Source of the DNA: a virus
Lineage: Duplodnaviria; Heunggongvirae; Uroviricota; Caudoviricetes
DNA length: 33,254 bases
Reading direction: 5' to 3' (one strand)
IMG/VR virus record: IMGVR_UViG_3300050026_000241
Numbering within the stretch: the stretch's first letter is position 1; the number at the start of each line of letters is the position of its first letter. Of this stretch, positions 17,160 through 26,948 are shown in pieces. The notes under the pieces are model-generated. The model made no database searches. It saw nothing but the letters and a program-made list of their open reading frames with translations, and was not told the DNA's origin. Both the position numbers and the translations under genes were made by a program.

Positions 17160-17336
17160 ATGCAACTCAAAGACCAACTTGAAGCCTGGAAAACGCTTGC
17201 CCTAGCATACGAAGTCTACATCGAGTGCGCGGCAGGGATGGACGCAAAAGGGATGGCAGCAGCATTGAACGCTGTCAACAAGGCCCGAGACGTTCTCATT
17301 GACGCCGGTTTCATGTCCGACGAGGTAGTGGAATGA
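17160..17336 (+). CDS. small hypothetical protein
   Basis: MQLKDQLEAWKT..., 58 aa. The track's start at 17082 falls inside the structured region. Confidence 0.6.
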   Translation: MQLKDQLEAWKTLALAYEVYIECAAGMDAKGMAAALNAVNKARDVLIDAGFMSDEVVE

Positions 17337-17428
17337 GTAGACACCGCCTGATACCAGACTATTCACCAGACGTTGTTGCATTGTTCTGTATGATAATAAA
17401 CCGGAGAATCTGGAAGAATGCCTCTTAA
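17333..17428 (+). CDS. possible 31-aa ORF bridging to the polymerase gene
   Basis: ATGA overlap with the upstream stop and an overlap with the polymerase start. No other support. Confidence 0.3.
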   Translation: MSRHRLIPDYSPDVVALFCMIINRRIWKNAS

Positions 17429-19916
17429 AAAATTGTACGTTGATACAGAAACGTGCGGTCTCTACGGTATGCCTGTACTGATTCAGTATGCCGTGGAAGA
17501 AGGCCCGATCACACTCTACGAAGTTTGGCGGGAGCCAGTCGGCAAGACGCTCGATCTTATTGAATGGTTCTGTGAGCACGCTATTGTCGGCTTCAACCTA
17601 ACATTTGATATTTTTATGATCGTCAAATGCTACACGGTCTTTCGTCTATGTCCGCGCGACTGGATTCCTGCCGCGCACATTGACGAGATTGCAGCACTTG
17701 AACCACAAGGCCAAGACGGGCCGTGTGTCAAGCCTGCCTCTGCCCTGGACCTACTCTTGCACAGCCGCAAGGGTCCGTATCAGGCTCTCATGGCACGGGA
17801 AGACATCCGAATCAAACGGGTGCCTACCGCTCTCGCCTACGCGCTCGCGGCCGAATTGGAACGGCGTATCCAACTCGACAGCATCTTCTTTGCGAAGTCC
17901 GCTGACCCGGACGCTCCCAAGTGGCAAGTCTTCGACCGTCACGACCGCTTTGGTGATCTTGACACCGAATTCAAGGATGTAGTGCTGCGCTTCAATCCGG
18001 CCGGTGGCCTCAAGTTCTTGGCTGAACATGCTATGGGGTTGAAGCCTAAATATCACTTCAAAGACGTGGAGTTGGATACCAAGTTCCGACCCTACGAGTT
18101 TGGCTACGCGCCCACCGCCTTGGCCGTTTCCAGCAAAGAGAAAAACTGGGAAGTGTGGGGCAAGAAAAAAGGCAAGATCAAGGTAGCCGTGCCCGAGAAG
18201 TTGCCCGTCGATACCCTCGGTCTTGACGAGGAAACGGACGACGATGCCCGCACCAGGAAGCCCAAGGAAGATGACAAACTACTTGGCGTTGCTTGGCCCG
18301 GAGTCATTCAGAAGCATATCGACCACTGGGCCACTCACACGAACGCCCGAGACTATGCTACGGACGATATAGTTTTTACGAGGGCTCTCGACAAGCATTT
18401 TGGCAGCCCGGAGCCGGGCGACGATGATTCAATCCTAGCCTGCATGGTGGCCGTCGTCCGGTGGCATGGCTTCCAGATTGACGTTCCTGGCATCAAAGCA
18501 TTGCTTGCTAAGGCACAGGCCATTATTGAACACTCGCCAGTGAACGTCAACAAGCACGGCGAGGTTCGCGCCTACATCATGGCGGCGATGGACGAAATGG
18601 AAGGCGTGATTATTGAAACGTCTACCAAGAAGTCCAACATCGAAGCGATCAAGGGGTGGGAGGTAGCGGAAGACGAGCCGTGCGGTAAGTGCGGCATGTT
18701 TGACGGCCCCGAGCCGGGTTGTGCTCGCTGCGGCGGCACCGGTATCATGCGGGCCGGTAAACACCCTGCCGCTATACGGGCGGCCCAGGTGCTTGACGTG
18801 AAGATTGCTGCCAAGGAAATAGAGTTATACAACAAGCTGCTACTGGCCGGCAAGTTTCATGCGAGCTTCGTGGTCATTGGCACGTTGTCTAGCCGAATGG
18901 CCGGTGCCGATGGACTCAATCCGCAAGGCATCAAGCATACGACGGAAGTACGCAAGATGTTTCCGCTGGTGTGGCCCGGCTATATCTTGAGCCTCGGTGA
19001 CTTCGCATCGTTTGAAGTGACGCTCGCTGACGCCGTTTACAATGATCCGCAACTGCGGGAATGCTTGTGTTCGGGCAAGAAGATTCACGCCTTGTTCGGA
19101 ATGGAAATGTATCCGGGCAAGACTTACCAAGACATCTTGGATTCGGCAGACACCGAATTCGATATGTACACGAAGGGCAAGCAAGGCGTGTTCGGGATGA
19201 TCTACGGCGGCGATTGGAACACCCTCGTAGGCAAGTTCGGCATCGCCCCGGAAGTCGCGCAACATGCCGAGCAAGGGTTCTTCAAGAAGTTCCCCGGCAT
19301 CCCCAAGGCCCGTGAGAAGACGTTCAATGCGTTCTGCTCGATGAAGCAGCCGGGCGGCCTTGGCTCCGCAGTCGTGTGGGCTGACCCTGCCGACTACATT
19401 GAATCCTTCCTCGGCTTTCGTCGGTACTTCACCCTCGAAAACAAGATCGAGAAGGCCCTGTTCGACTTGGCCCGAAAGCTGCCCAAAAACTGGCAGAGTG
19501 TAAAGGTCAAGGTCGTGCGTCGTGACCGTGTGCAGACGGCAGGTGGTGCCGTCTCGTCGGCCCTTTATGGTGCGACGTTTGCCATGCAGGCTCAAAATAT
19601 GAGGGCGGCGGCTAATCACGAAATCCAGAGCCCAGGCGCACAAATTACCAAGCACGTACAACGGAAACTGTGGGACTTGCAGCCATCCGGTGTTGGCGTG
19701 CTTCAAATCTCCATTATGAATGTTCACGACGAAATCTTGTGCGTCCATGTACCTGAGTTGACGGAGCCGATTCTTGAAGTCGTGAAGGTTGGAGTGGAGC
19801 ACTTTCGACCCAAGGTGCCGTTGATTGGCATGGATTGGTGCCGTGGCGCATTGAATTGGGCAGAGAAGCACGGTGCTTCCGACGTGGTGAAGATCAGAGC
19901 CCCGGAAATGAAATGA
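17418..19916 (+). CDS. polA: phage DNA polymerase, family A, with a 3'-5' exonuclease domain
   Basis: ExoI VDTET; motif A GDFASFEV; motif B KQGVFGMIYG (Phe at the E. coli Pol I 762-equivalent position); motif C VHDE. Confidence 0.93.
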   Translation: MPLKKLYVDTETCGLYGMPVLIQYAVEEGPITLYEVWREPVGKTLDLIEWFCEHAIVGFNLTFDIFMIVKCYTVFRLCPRDWIPAAHIDEIAALEPQGQDGPCVKPASALDLLLHSRKGPYQALMAREDIRIKRVPTALAYALAAELERRIQLDSIFFAKSADPDAPKWQVFDRHDRFGDLDTEFKDVVLRFNPAGGLKFLAEHAMGLKPKYHFKDVELDTKFRPYEFGYAPTALAVSSKEKNWEVWGKKKGKIKVAVPEKLPVDTLGLDEETDDDARTRKPKEDDKLLGVAWPGVIQKHIDHWATHTNARDYATDDIVFTRALDKHFGSPEPGDDDSILACMVAVVRWHGFQIDVPGIKALLAKAQAIIEHSPVNVNKHGEVRAYIMAAMDEMEGVIIETSTKKSNIEAIKGWEVAEDEPCGKCGMFDGPEPGCARCGGTGIMRAGKHPAAIRAAQVLDVKIAAKEIELYNKLLLAGKFHASFVVIGTLSSRMAGADGLNPQGIKHTTEVRKMFPLVWPGYILSLGDFASFEVTLADAVYNDPQLRECLCSGKKIHALFGMEMYPGKTYQDILDSADTEFDMYTKGKQGVFGMIYGGDWNTLVGKFGIAPEVAQHAEQGFFKKFPGIPKAREKTFNAFCSMKQPGGLGSAVVWADPADYIESFLGFRRYFTLENKIEKALFDLARKLPKNWQSVKVKVVRRDRVQTAGGAVSSALYGATFAMQAQNMRAAANHEIQSPGAQITKHVQRKLWDLQPSGVGVLQISIMNVHDEILCVHVPELTEPILEVVKVGVEHFRPKVPLIGMDWCRGALNWAEKHGASDVVKIRAPEMK

Positions 19917-19935
19917 CAAAAAGGAAAAGCAAGAA

Positions 19936-20262
19936 ATGACTTACGTTGACCACTACGACATTGAAGTCAAGGTCGGCGGCCGTTGGACCTTCATCGCCAG
20001 CAAGTACCCTGACTACGAGTGGACGTTTACCCGACCCTGGTATCGTCTGTGGCACAAAATGCCGACGATTGCCGAACCCGTTTGTCCTGCCCTTTGCGCA
20101 AGACTCGACTCTGTTGTAGCTGCCGCCGAGGCTGCTTACACGGTAAGGCCGTACACGGCGGCCCGCGTATGGCAATTCAATCGCTACGGCTACGGCTGGT
20201 TCGGTCTCGGCTGGCTGCGGAAACGACTGTCATGGAGTACGCCCAATGGTTCACTATGCTAA
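19936..20262 (+). CDS. hypothetical protein rich in aromatic residues
   Basis: AAGGA upstream; 108 aa. Confidence 0.6.
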   Translation: MTYVDHYDIEVKVGGRWTFIASKYPDYEWTFTRPWYRLWHKMPTIAEPVCPALCARLDSVVAAAEAAYTVRPYTAARVWQFNRYGYGWFGLGWLRKRLSWSTPNGSLC

Positions 20263-20935
20263 GATACGTTTGTGCGACATTGACGTTGATAGTTTCTGGT
20301 CGCAGGTGGATCGCCGTGGCTCTGACGACTGCTGGCTTTGGCAGGGCACCCGCGACAAAGACGACTACGGCTACCTCTCTGTTAAAGGCAGAAGTCGTAA
20401 GGCTCACCGTGTTTCCTTTCTACTGAAACATCGCCACTTGAATCGAGACTTGCAAGTCTGTCATACTTGCGATACGCCAAGGTGCGTAAATCCAAATCAC
20501 CTGTGGCAAGGCACGAACCAGCAGAATTGCGACGATATGGTCGCTAAAAGGCGGTCTCTCTTTGGGGTGCGAAACCCTAGAGCAAAATTGAAAACAGCTG
20601 ACCCAATAAAGGCTATCGCACTTCTTGAACAAGGACTCTCGCAGAAAGAGGTGGCGAAAAAACTCGGTTGCAAGCAGATAACAGTGTCAAACATCTGGCG
20701 AGGGAGGCAGTGGGGAAAAATAACAGGACGGCAATATAGTCAGGGATGCCGATTAGGTAGTTGCCATCCGAGAGCCGTTCTCAATGAAGCCACTGCAAGA
20801 AGAATAAACAACCTCTCGTCTAAGGGGGACGGAGCGACAGAGATTGCACGCCGGTTGAACTTAAAAATTCCGACAGTGTACTCCGTCATAAGCGGTCAAA
20901 CATGGTCCCATGTTACGGGGGTGAACTGTGCGTAA
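20246..20935 (+). CDS. HNH homing endonuclease with two C-terminal HTH repeats
   Basis: CWLWQG..DKDDYG, AHRVS and VCHTCDTPRCVNPNHL motifs. Two similar HTH segments follow. Visibly more AT-rich than its neighbours. Confidence 0.9.
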   Translation: MVHYAKIRLCDIDVDSFWSQVDRRGSDDCWLWQGTRDKDDYGYLSVKGRSRKAHRVSFLLKHRHLNRDLQVCHTCDTPRCVNPNHLWQGTNQQNCDDMVAKRRSLFGVRNPRAKLKTADPIKAIALLEQGLSQKEVAKKLGCKQITVSNIWRGRQWGKITGRQYSQGCRLGSCHPRAVLNEATARRINNLSSKGDGATEIARRLNLKIPTVYSVISGQTWSHVTGVNCA

Positions 20936-21347
20936 AATACGACAACCGAAACATGGACCAGAATGGTTTGTGCAGCAGGACTTGATTAAATTTCTTAGAT
21001 GCCGAGAATGGCATGTGGAACGAGTGATTGGCAACGCCCTTCAAATGGGACTTCCTGACTTGTACGTTGCCCATAAAAGATGGGGCACGCGATGGATCGA
21101 CGTGAAACGCCCCGGCCCGAAATACAGTTTCACGAAAGCGCAGAAACGAAAGTGGCCCATACTTGACGCCTTCGGCGTGGGCATCTGGATTCTGACAGCG
21201 GCCAATCAAGAGAACTACGACAGGCTGTTTAAGAAGGCCAACTGGAAAGACTATTGGAAAGAGTCGTGGGGCGTGATTCCAGACATTGACGCCCTGCTCG
21301 ACGAACTTGACCGAGAAGCTGAAACCCCGGACGTGGACTGGCTATGA
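20928..21347 (+). CDS. VRR-NUC (PD-(D/E)xK) nuclease
   Basis: GLPDLYV...WIDVKRPG and FTKAQ motifs. Confidence 0.8.
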   Translation: MRKIRQPKHGPEWFVQQDLIKFLRCREWHVERVIGNALQMGLPDLYVAHKRWGTRWIDVKRPGPKYSFTKAQKRKWPILDAFGVGIWILTAANQENYDRLFKKANWKDYWKESWGVIPDIDALLDELDREAETPDVDWL

Positions 21348-21829
21348 AACTGCAAAAGAAACCGCAACATTGGCAATGTGGTGTGACTTCCGCCGCAATG
21401 GTGCTAGGCGTGCCCGTCGCTGACCTTATCGCTGAGATCGGGCACGATGGAGGCGTATTGCCGGGCAGTGAGTGGAAGGATATTGTTCGCGGCTACCATA
21501 TTCAAGAGTTCATCGACGTGTTCTACAAGCATGGGTTCGCCGCCACCCCTGTCGAGATTTTTCCCGTGTCGATGGATGCTGCCGGCCGGCACTGGCGAGG
21601 GCACACGCTTAGCGAGAAAGGATTGCAGCAGCGGTTCTACAACACCCTTGTAACGTCTTGCGGTATGGTTGAGGGCGAGAAGCCGCTTGGCGGCCACATG
21701 GTCGCCTACGACCACGGGCACATCTACGACCCGAATGGTTACGACTACCCGTTCGAGTGTTTCTCTATCTACAACTTCAAACCACTCTGTGCCTGGCGCG
21801 TAGATGCGATTCTCCCAGGAAGGGCTTAA
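21344..21829 (+). CDS. peptidase C39-like protein
   Basis: Q..PQHWQCGVTSAAMVL (Gln and Cys) and GHMVAYD (His and Asp) match the papain-like C39 pattern. Confidence 0.6.
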   Translation: MKLQKKPQHWQCGVTSAAMVLGVPVADLIAEIGHDGGVLPGSEWKDIVRGYHIQEFIDVFYKHGFAATPVEIFPVSMDAAGRHWRGHTLSEKGLQQRFYNTLVTSCGMVEGEKPLGGHMVAYDHGHIYDPNGYDYPFECFSIYNFKPLCAWRVDAILPGRA

Positions 21830-21831
21830 TC

Positions 21832-22485
21832 ATGTCGTATAACAGTGAACTCGTCTCACAGTTACCGCCGTCTCTGTCGTCGGAAGATAACTTGAAACTG
21901 GTAGAAAAGGTTCGGGCCGGTGACAAGGATGCACGAGAGTCGATGATCTGTGGAAACACGGCCGGTGTCATTTCACTGGTGGATAACCATATCAGACAGT
22001 TTCCGTTTCTGTCACACTTGCGAGACGATTTGACAAGCGCCGGCTTCACCGGGCTTGTAAGCGCGGTGAATCAACTTGCCACTGGATACGACTCCGAGCG
22101 TGGCAACGCCAATGACTATATCGTCACTGCCATAATGAATGAAGTCTACTTGACTGTTGAAGCGGAGACAACCATACCAATACCGCATGTGACACAGTAC
22201 CGAAAGGCTGCGGCCGGTAACAAGATAAAGCCAATGACGGCGGTGGCGTTGACGCTTGAAAACTACCCCGGCGACGATATGCAGGCGTCCTTCGACATGT
22301 GTGACCTTATTGAGTCGTGCTGCGAAACTGATAAGGACCGAACCTTTGTCGAAATGCGTGAAGCCGGCTACACGCTGAAAGAGATTGCCGACACCCTGGG
22401 CGTTTCAACCCCGACCGTCTACCGATTGAAACGTGAACTATACGCCCGCGTACTGGAAAAGTCCGGCCTTCAACCAACTGAGTAG
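21832..22485 (+). CDS. RNA polymerase sigma-70-like factor
   Basis: KLVEKVRAGDKDARESMI and DDLTSAGFTGLVSAV (region 2-like), plus a C-terminal HTH GYTLKEIADTLGVS (region 4-like). Confidence 0.8.
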   Translation: MSYNSELVSQLPPSLSSEDNLKLVEKVRAGDKDARESMICGNTAGVISLVDNHIRQFPFLSHLRDDLTSAGFTGLVSAVNQLATGYDSERGNANDYIVTAIMNEVYLTVEAETTIPIPHVTQYRKAAAGNKIKPMTAVALTLENYPGDDMQASFDMCDLIESCCETDKDRTFVEMREAGYTLKEIADTLGVSTPTVYRLKRELYARVLEKSGLQPTE

Positions 22486-22489
22486 TGCA

Positions 22490-23086
22490 ATGATTCGACG
22501 AATCTATCTTGATCTGGATGACGTACTCAATACATTGTCGATGTACTTCCTGAGCCTGTCGGGCTGCAAAATCAGCCCGACAGATTATCGAGAGTATCCT
22601 GTCACCGGCGACGTTGACCTCTCTACCGTCGCCAATCAGCTTTTAGGTAGCGACTACGCGCAAGAGTCGTTTTGGAAGCTGTTCTTTCGTGACGATTGGG
22701 CGAGTGTGCCCAAATCGGACGAATGCGACTGGCTGGTGGAACAGTGCGAGCGCCTGGTTGGCCGCGAGAATGTAATGGTTGCCACGAGCCCGACTAAAGA
22801 CGGGGCCTGTGCGGCGGGTAAAGTCGATTGGATTCATGCGAACCTCCCTTCCTGGCTACATCGACAGTACGCAATCACGCCCCGGAAATGGTTTCTGGCG
22901 CAGCCCGGATCGCTGCTGATTGACGACAATGCGAAAAACGTGCGACTATTCAAGAGGGGCGGCGGCCGGACACTGTTGGTGCCCCGGCCGTGGAACCGTT
23001 TACACGCCTCTTGGACGCCCCTCGTCCTGGTGGAGAAACTCGGCCGACTCATGGCCCGGCAAGGGGAATTCAGCAAAAAATTATAG
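22490..23086 (+). CDS. HAD-family 5'(3')-deoxyribonucleotidase-like protein
   Basis: IYLDLDDVL, ATSP, K..W, LLIDD and PRPWN motifs. Confidence 0.8.
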   Translation: MIRRIYLDLDDVLNTLSMYFLSLSGCKISPTDYREYPVTGDVDLSTVANQLLGSDYAQESFWKLFFRDDWASVPKSDECDWLVEQCERLVGRENVMVATSPTKDGACAAGKVDWIHANLPSWLHRQYAITPRKWFLAQPGSLLIDDNAKNVRLFKRGGGRTLLVPRPWNRLHASWTPLVLVEKLGRLMARQGEFSKKL

Positions 23087-23090
23087 GGAG

Positions 23091-23128
23091 CGCGCACAAA
23101 GGGCCTTCGTTTTACGACTCTCTATGTG
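23091..23128 (+). promoter_or_regulatory. conserved bipartite motif, copy 3
   Basis: CGCGCACAA-N8-CGTTTTACGACTCTCTATGTG; ends 29 nt before the ligase ATG. Confidence 0.75.
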
Positions 23129-23157
23129 AACGATACCACCATCCCCGAGCGAGCAAA

Positions 23158-24294
23158 ATGGTAAAAGCAGCAAGTACCCGTCGTGAATTTCTCCAACTGG
23201 CCGAGCCCTTCAAGCCCGAGAAACGGGATCGAAAGGGCAACTACGCCTTTCAGGTGGCAGGCATGTTCATTTCGGAGAAGCTCGACGGAACCCGCTGCTT
23301 TTGGGATGGCGGGTTGAGTCGGGGCTGGCCAACCGAGCAGGTGCCGTGGGCGTCTGTGACCGACCCGAAGACCGGCAAGAAGAAGGGCAAGATCAAGCCG
23401 CTTGCCACCGGCCTGTGGAGCCGCTACGGCAACCCCATTATGGCCCCGGACTGGTTCCTGAATCAGCTTCCGTGCGTGCCGCTGGACGGCGAGTTGTGGG
23501 CCGGTCGCGGTAACTTTCAGCTTTGCCGGTCGATTTGCGGCGGCGACGACCCGGACCCCAGGTTCAAGCAGATCAAGTATGCTGTGTACTCTTGCCCGCC
23601 GATTACGACCGTGTTCGGCACTGGTGAGATCAAGAACACCAACATGGTGTGCAATCTCCACTGGCCGTCGAACGAGTTGTGGATCAAGGATCGGATGGAG
23701 GAATTCGAGGGCGACTTCCGATTCCTTAATCCAGGTGCTACGTTCTTGGAAGAGTTAAAGTTTCTGGCCGACGCAATCGAAAGCCAGAATGATCGTTGCT
23801 TCCTTCACCGGCAAACTCAACTGTCCCGCGACGAAGAGGTCGCCCGCAAGGAAATCGAAGTCCACCTTGACGCCACGTTGGCTCAGGGCGGCGAAGGCGT
23901 TGTCATGCGTGACCCGAACGCTGTGTGGCTGCCCAAACGGCACGACGGTATCTTGAAGTTCAAGCCTTTTGAGGATGCCGAAGGCCGGGTCATTGGTTTC
24001 ACGTCGGGCCGCGAGACCCTAAAGGGCAGCCGCCTACAGGGCATGATTGGTGCCTTGATTGTTGACTACAAAGGGAAGAGGCTGGAATTGTCCGGCCTCA
24101 CCGATGCCGAGCGCAAGTTTCAGTCCGGCGAGATGTCCGTCTACGCCGCCGAGCATCCGGGCGTGGATATGCCCGAGCATTTCCAGGGTCAAGTGTTCCG
24201 CAAGGGGCAGAACGTGACCTTCATTTACCGTGAATTGACGGACAACGGTACGCCCAAAGAGGCACGCTACCACCGTAAGCGCGATGTTGAGTAA
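23158..24294 (+). CDS. ATP-dependent DNA ligase
   Basis: SEKLDGTR, LDGELW, EGVVMR and LKFKPFEDAE motifs, plus a C-terminal OB-fold-like region. Confidence 0.9.
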   Translation: MVKAASTRREFLQLAEPFKPEKRDRKGNYAFQVAGMFISEKLDGTRCFWDGGLSRGWPTEQVPWASVTDPKTGKKKGKIKPLATGLWSRYGNPIMAPDWFLNQLPCVPLDGELWAGRGNFQLCRSICGGDDPDPRFKQIKYAVYSCPPITTVFGTGEIKNTNMVCNLHWPSNELWIKDRMEEFEGDFRFLNPGATFLEELKFLADAIESQNDRCFLHRQTQLSRDEEVARKEIEVHLDATLAQGGEGVVMRDPNAVWLPKRHDGILKFKPFEDAEGRVIGFTSGRETLKGSRLQGMIGALIVDYKGKRLELSGLTDAERKFQSGEMSVYAAEHPGVDMPEHFQGQVFRKGQNVTFIYRELTDNGTPKEARYHRKRDVE

Positions 24295-24464
24295 TGACGC
24301 TGATCGTTTTGAGACCAAATGAAAGTGCGCAGTCGGCCTATCGACGCCTGCAAAAGATTCTTGACCGCTCCGGCCAACGGCGCGAGTTAAGAGACCGAGA
24401 ACGGTACGAAAAACCGTCAGCCAAGAAACGTCGCGCCAAGGTACAAGCGATGCGGAGGAAATGA
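24294..24464 (+). CDS. rpsU: ribosomal protein bS21
   Basis: MTLIVLRPNESAQSAYRRLQKILDRSGQRRELRDRERYEKPSAKKRRAKVQAMRRK has the ES..SA.RR..K, E.R.R..YEKPS pattern of bS21. TAATG and ATGA overlaps with its neighbours. Not in the ORF track. Confidence 0.9.
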   Translation: MTLIVLRPNESAQSAYRRLQKILDRSGQRRELRDRERYEKPSAKKRRAKVQAMRRK

Positions 24465-24775
24465 TGGCGAAGAAAACCGGACCCGCCCGAGCCACAAGGC
24501 TCCCTGCCGACCTGAAAGGGCGGGCACAACTCAAGACGGTTGGAAACCAGAAAGATCGCGGCAAGGCCGAGATCGCAAAGTTGAAGGAACAGCTTGGAAC
24601 CAAGCCACCTGCGCAGCGTAACGTGCAAGTTGGCGGAAAGAAACTCGCCGACGCTATCGAGGCGTTCGGCCTGAACTTCGACGGGTTGAAGGGCGGCCCC
24701 GTTGTGAAGAAGAACACAACCAGCGTCCTAACCAACAAACTGTCACAGTCCCGACCCAATACCAATGAACCGTGA
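24461..24775 (+). CDS. basic hypothetical protein
   Basis: GGAGG upstream; Lys-rich, 104 aa. Confidence 0.65.
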   Translation: MMAKKTGPARATRLPADLKGRAQLKTVGNQKDRGKAEIAKLKEQLGTKPPAQRNVQVGGKKLADAIEAFGLNFDGLKGGPVVKKNTTSVLTNKLSQSRPNTNEP

Positions 24776-24784
24776 GGCCCACAT

Positions 24785-24982
24785 TTGATGTTTCAATGGT
24801 TCAAACATTTTATGAACCTGCGTGTGCGGGCCGCCCTGGGCCTCATTGAGCGAACCCGCCAATGTACCTTCTGCGGCCGTCGCGTGACGGGGCTCTCTGA
24901 GCCCAAGTGGTGGACTATCGAACAAGAAACGGCCAAGTGCAGATGCGGCCTGGGGCAAATGAGAACGGTAAAGGAAGTATGA
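24785..24982 (+). CDS. small Cys-containing protein (CxxC...CxC)
   Basis: CTFCGRR...CRCG; coupled to the next gene by an ATGA overlap. Confidence 0.55.
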   Translation: MMFQWFKHFMNLRVRAALGLIERTRQCTFCGRRVTGLSEPKWWTIEQETAKCRCGLGQMRTVKEV

Positions 24983-25473
24983 GTTATTACGAAGCCAAAG
25001 GGGCCGTCAAGAAGGCCCTGCTCGAATTGGATAAGGTCCGCGTGGCCCGCCGCAGCGAGGCGCTGGCACTGAGCAAAGAGATCGGGGCCAAGGGCTACTT
25101 GTGCTGTGAATCGGTCTTCCGGCCCTACATCGCCGGTTTCCTTTTCGAGAGCGAACCTGACCCGAAGGTCTATCGCAAAGACAAGCGTGGCGACGGCTGG
25201 ATTCCGCGTAATACCTCCAAGATTGGCAAGGCCCTTCGTGCCCGCATGGACGCTATCCATCTGGTCGGCGGCCCAGATGTGGCCAAGACCATCGGCATGA
25301 AAGTTTTCAGCAAAGGCGGTTGGCGCGTGCCTGGCATTCAGGACATTGGCGGCCGGCTAATCCTGATCGTGCCTGACGACGTGGTGCCCACCGGCTGCAA
25401 ACGCATTACCGACGTGGCCTTCGAGAAGCTCACCGCCAAGCCGAAGCGAGCCCGGAAGGCCGCCAAGAAATAA
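24979..25473 (+). CDS. hypothetical protein
   Basis: AAGGA upstream of ATG 24979 (MSYYEAKG...). Confidence 0.7.
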   Translation: MSYYEAKGAVKKALLELDKVRVARRSEALALSKEIGAKGYLCCESVFRPYIAGFLFESEPDPKVYRKDKRGDGWIPRNTSKIGKALRARMDAIHLVGGPDVAKTIGMKVFSKGGWRVPGIQDIGGRLILIVPDDVVPTGCKRITDVAFEKLTAKPKRARKAAKK

Positions 25474-25498
25474 CCATCACCAATCACGAAGGATCACT

Positions 25499-26344
25499 AT
25501 GAAGTCATTTTTCGGCTACCCCGGTGGAAAGTCCCGGCTCGCAGCACGGTGGGAGAAGGAAGGGTTCTTCAAGCCCTTGTCCCCGATCTCGTACTACGTT
25601 GAGCCGTTTGCCGGCGGCTTTTCAATGGGGCTGACGCTGCTGAAAGCGTTTGGCCCGTTCCCGGTGTGGCTGAACGACGTGGATCAAGACGTGGCCGCCC
25701 TTTGGAGCGTTGCCCTGCGGCGCACCGAGGAGTTCTGCGAGCGTATTGCGGAAACCAAGGTTACGCTCGAAATGTTCTACGAGATTCAGGAACGCATCCT
25801 GAATCCGCAGGCACCGCGAGGCACGATACTTGAACGCGCACTCGACAAACTGCTCGTTCACAAGTTGTCCTACTCGAACATGGGCGAAATGGCGGCCACG
25901 CCGGTCGGCGGCAAGAGACAGGTAGATGCCAAGGGCAAGGCGAAGAAATGGGGCTTCGACGTTCGCTGGAACACGACACCCATTTGCAGTGCGATCCGAC
26001 GTGTCGCCAAGACGGTCGGCAAGGAATTCGAGATCAGTCACATTAGCGTCTTCGATCTCTTGCCAAAGATACCGGCCAACGCCTTGGTCTATCTGGACCC
26101 GCCGTATGTTGAAGCCGGCGAGAAGTGCTACAAGCATTTCTTCACCGACGATGACCACCGCAGTCTCGCCCGAGACTTAAAGGGTGTCAAGTGGCGCTGG
26201 TTTATGACCTATGATAATGCGGCCCTTGTGCGTGAACTCTACCCGGACGCCGAAGAGATCACGTTGAACTACCAGATGTCGTCGGCCTATCGTGCCGGCA
26301 AGACCCTCAAACCCAACACCGAACGCCTTATCACCAACTTTTAG
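25499..26344 (+). CDS. Dam-like (D12 class) N6-adenine DNA methyltransferase
   Basis: GYPGGKSRLA, YVEPFAGG and VYLDPPY motifs. Confidence 0.9.
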   Translation: MKSFFGYPGGKSRLAARWEKEGFFKPLSPISYYVEPFAGGFSMGLTLLKAFGPFPVWLNDVDQDVAALWSVALRRTEEFCERIAETKVTLEMFYEIQERILNPQAPRGTILERALDKLLVHKLSYSNMGEMAATPVGGKRQVDAKGKAKKWGFDVRWNTTPICSAIRRVAKTVGKEFEISHISVFDLLPKIPANALVYLDPPYVEAGEKCYKHFFTDDDHRSLARDLKGVKWRWFMTYDNAALVRELYPDAEEITLNYQMSSAYRAGKTLKPNTERLITNF

Positions 26345-26354
26345 CGAGATTGAC

Positions 26355-26948
26355 ATGAGTGAAGACCAAGATTACTCAGGCGATCCTGAGCAGAAGTTCT
26401 CTTATCAGAAAATCTTTGCCACGGCTATCGAGAAAGATTGGCGTGCTGTTTACGATCTCTGTTTGACCGACTCAGGTTTTCACGGTGCCTGGAAGAAGAT
26501 CACGAACGCACCTTCCGAGGGCAACCATAATCCAAATTACAAGGACGCGCGGGAACTCTGTAAAGCAGTTTTGACGGCGCGATCCGGTTCTTTGCCGCCA
26601 CCTGTGTTTCCATTTCAAGCAAAACTCTGTTTGCAAACGGTTGACTGCGACTTGGTTCGACACCTGCGTTATCTTAGCCAGTCTCAAGGCAACGTATCTT
26701 TGATCGGTGACGACGCATGGTGGCTGGCTTATTATATCTGTGAGGCTTGGGGTCTGTTGGCGAGTAATAAATACAAGCGGCCATGTTGGTCGGGTGCGTT
26801 GGCATTTCTTTTAGAGGCTGACGCCTTCGACGACTTGGAACAGCTCGACGAGCCCCGAATCCTGTGGTTGGCGGACTTCTACTACCGCGAGAAGCACTGG
26901 GAGCTTCATCCTGACTACTGGCCGCCGAAAGCGGACGGCGAGATATGA
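26355..26948 (+). CDS. hypothetical protein
   Basis: ATG 26355 follows the Dam-like stop; ATGA overlap with the MT-A70 gene. Confidence 0.6.
   Translation: MSEDQDYSGDPEQKFSYQKIFATAIEKDWRAVYDLCLTDSGFHGAWKKITNAPSEGNHNPNYKDARELCKAVLTARSGSLPPPVFPFQAKLCLQTVDCDLVRHLRYLSQSQGNVSLIGDDAWWLAYYICEAWGLLASNKYKRPCWSGALAFLLEADAFDDLEQLDEPRILWLADFYYREKHWELHPDYWPPKADGEI

Noticed and set aside
18840-19919. 359-aa minus-strand ORF
   Set aside because: Lies antisense to the polymerase gene, has no motifs, and is explained by codon bias on the coding strand.
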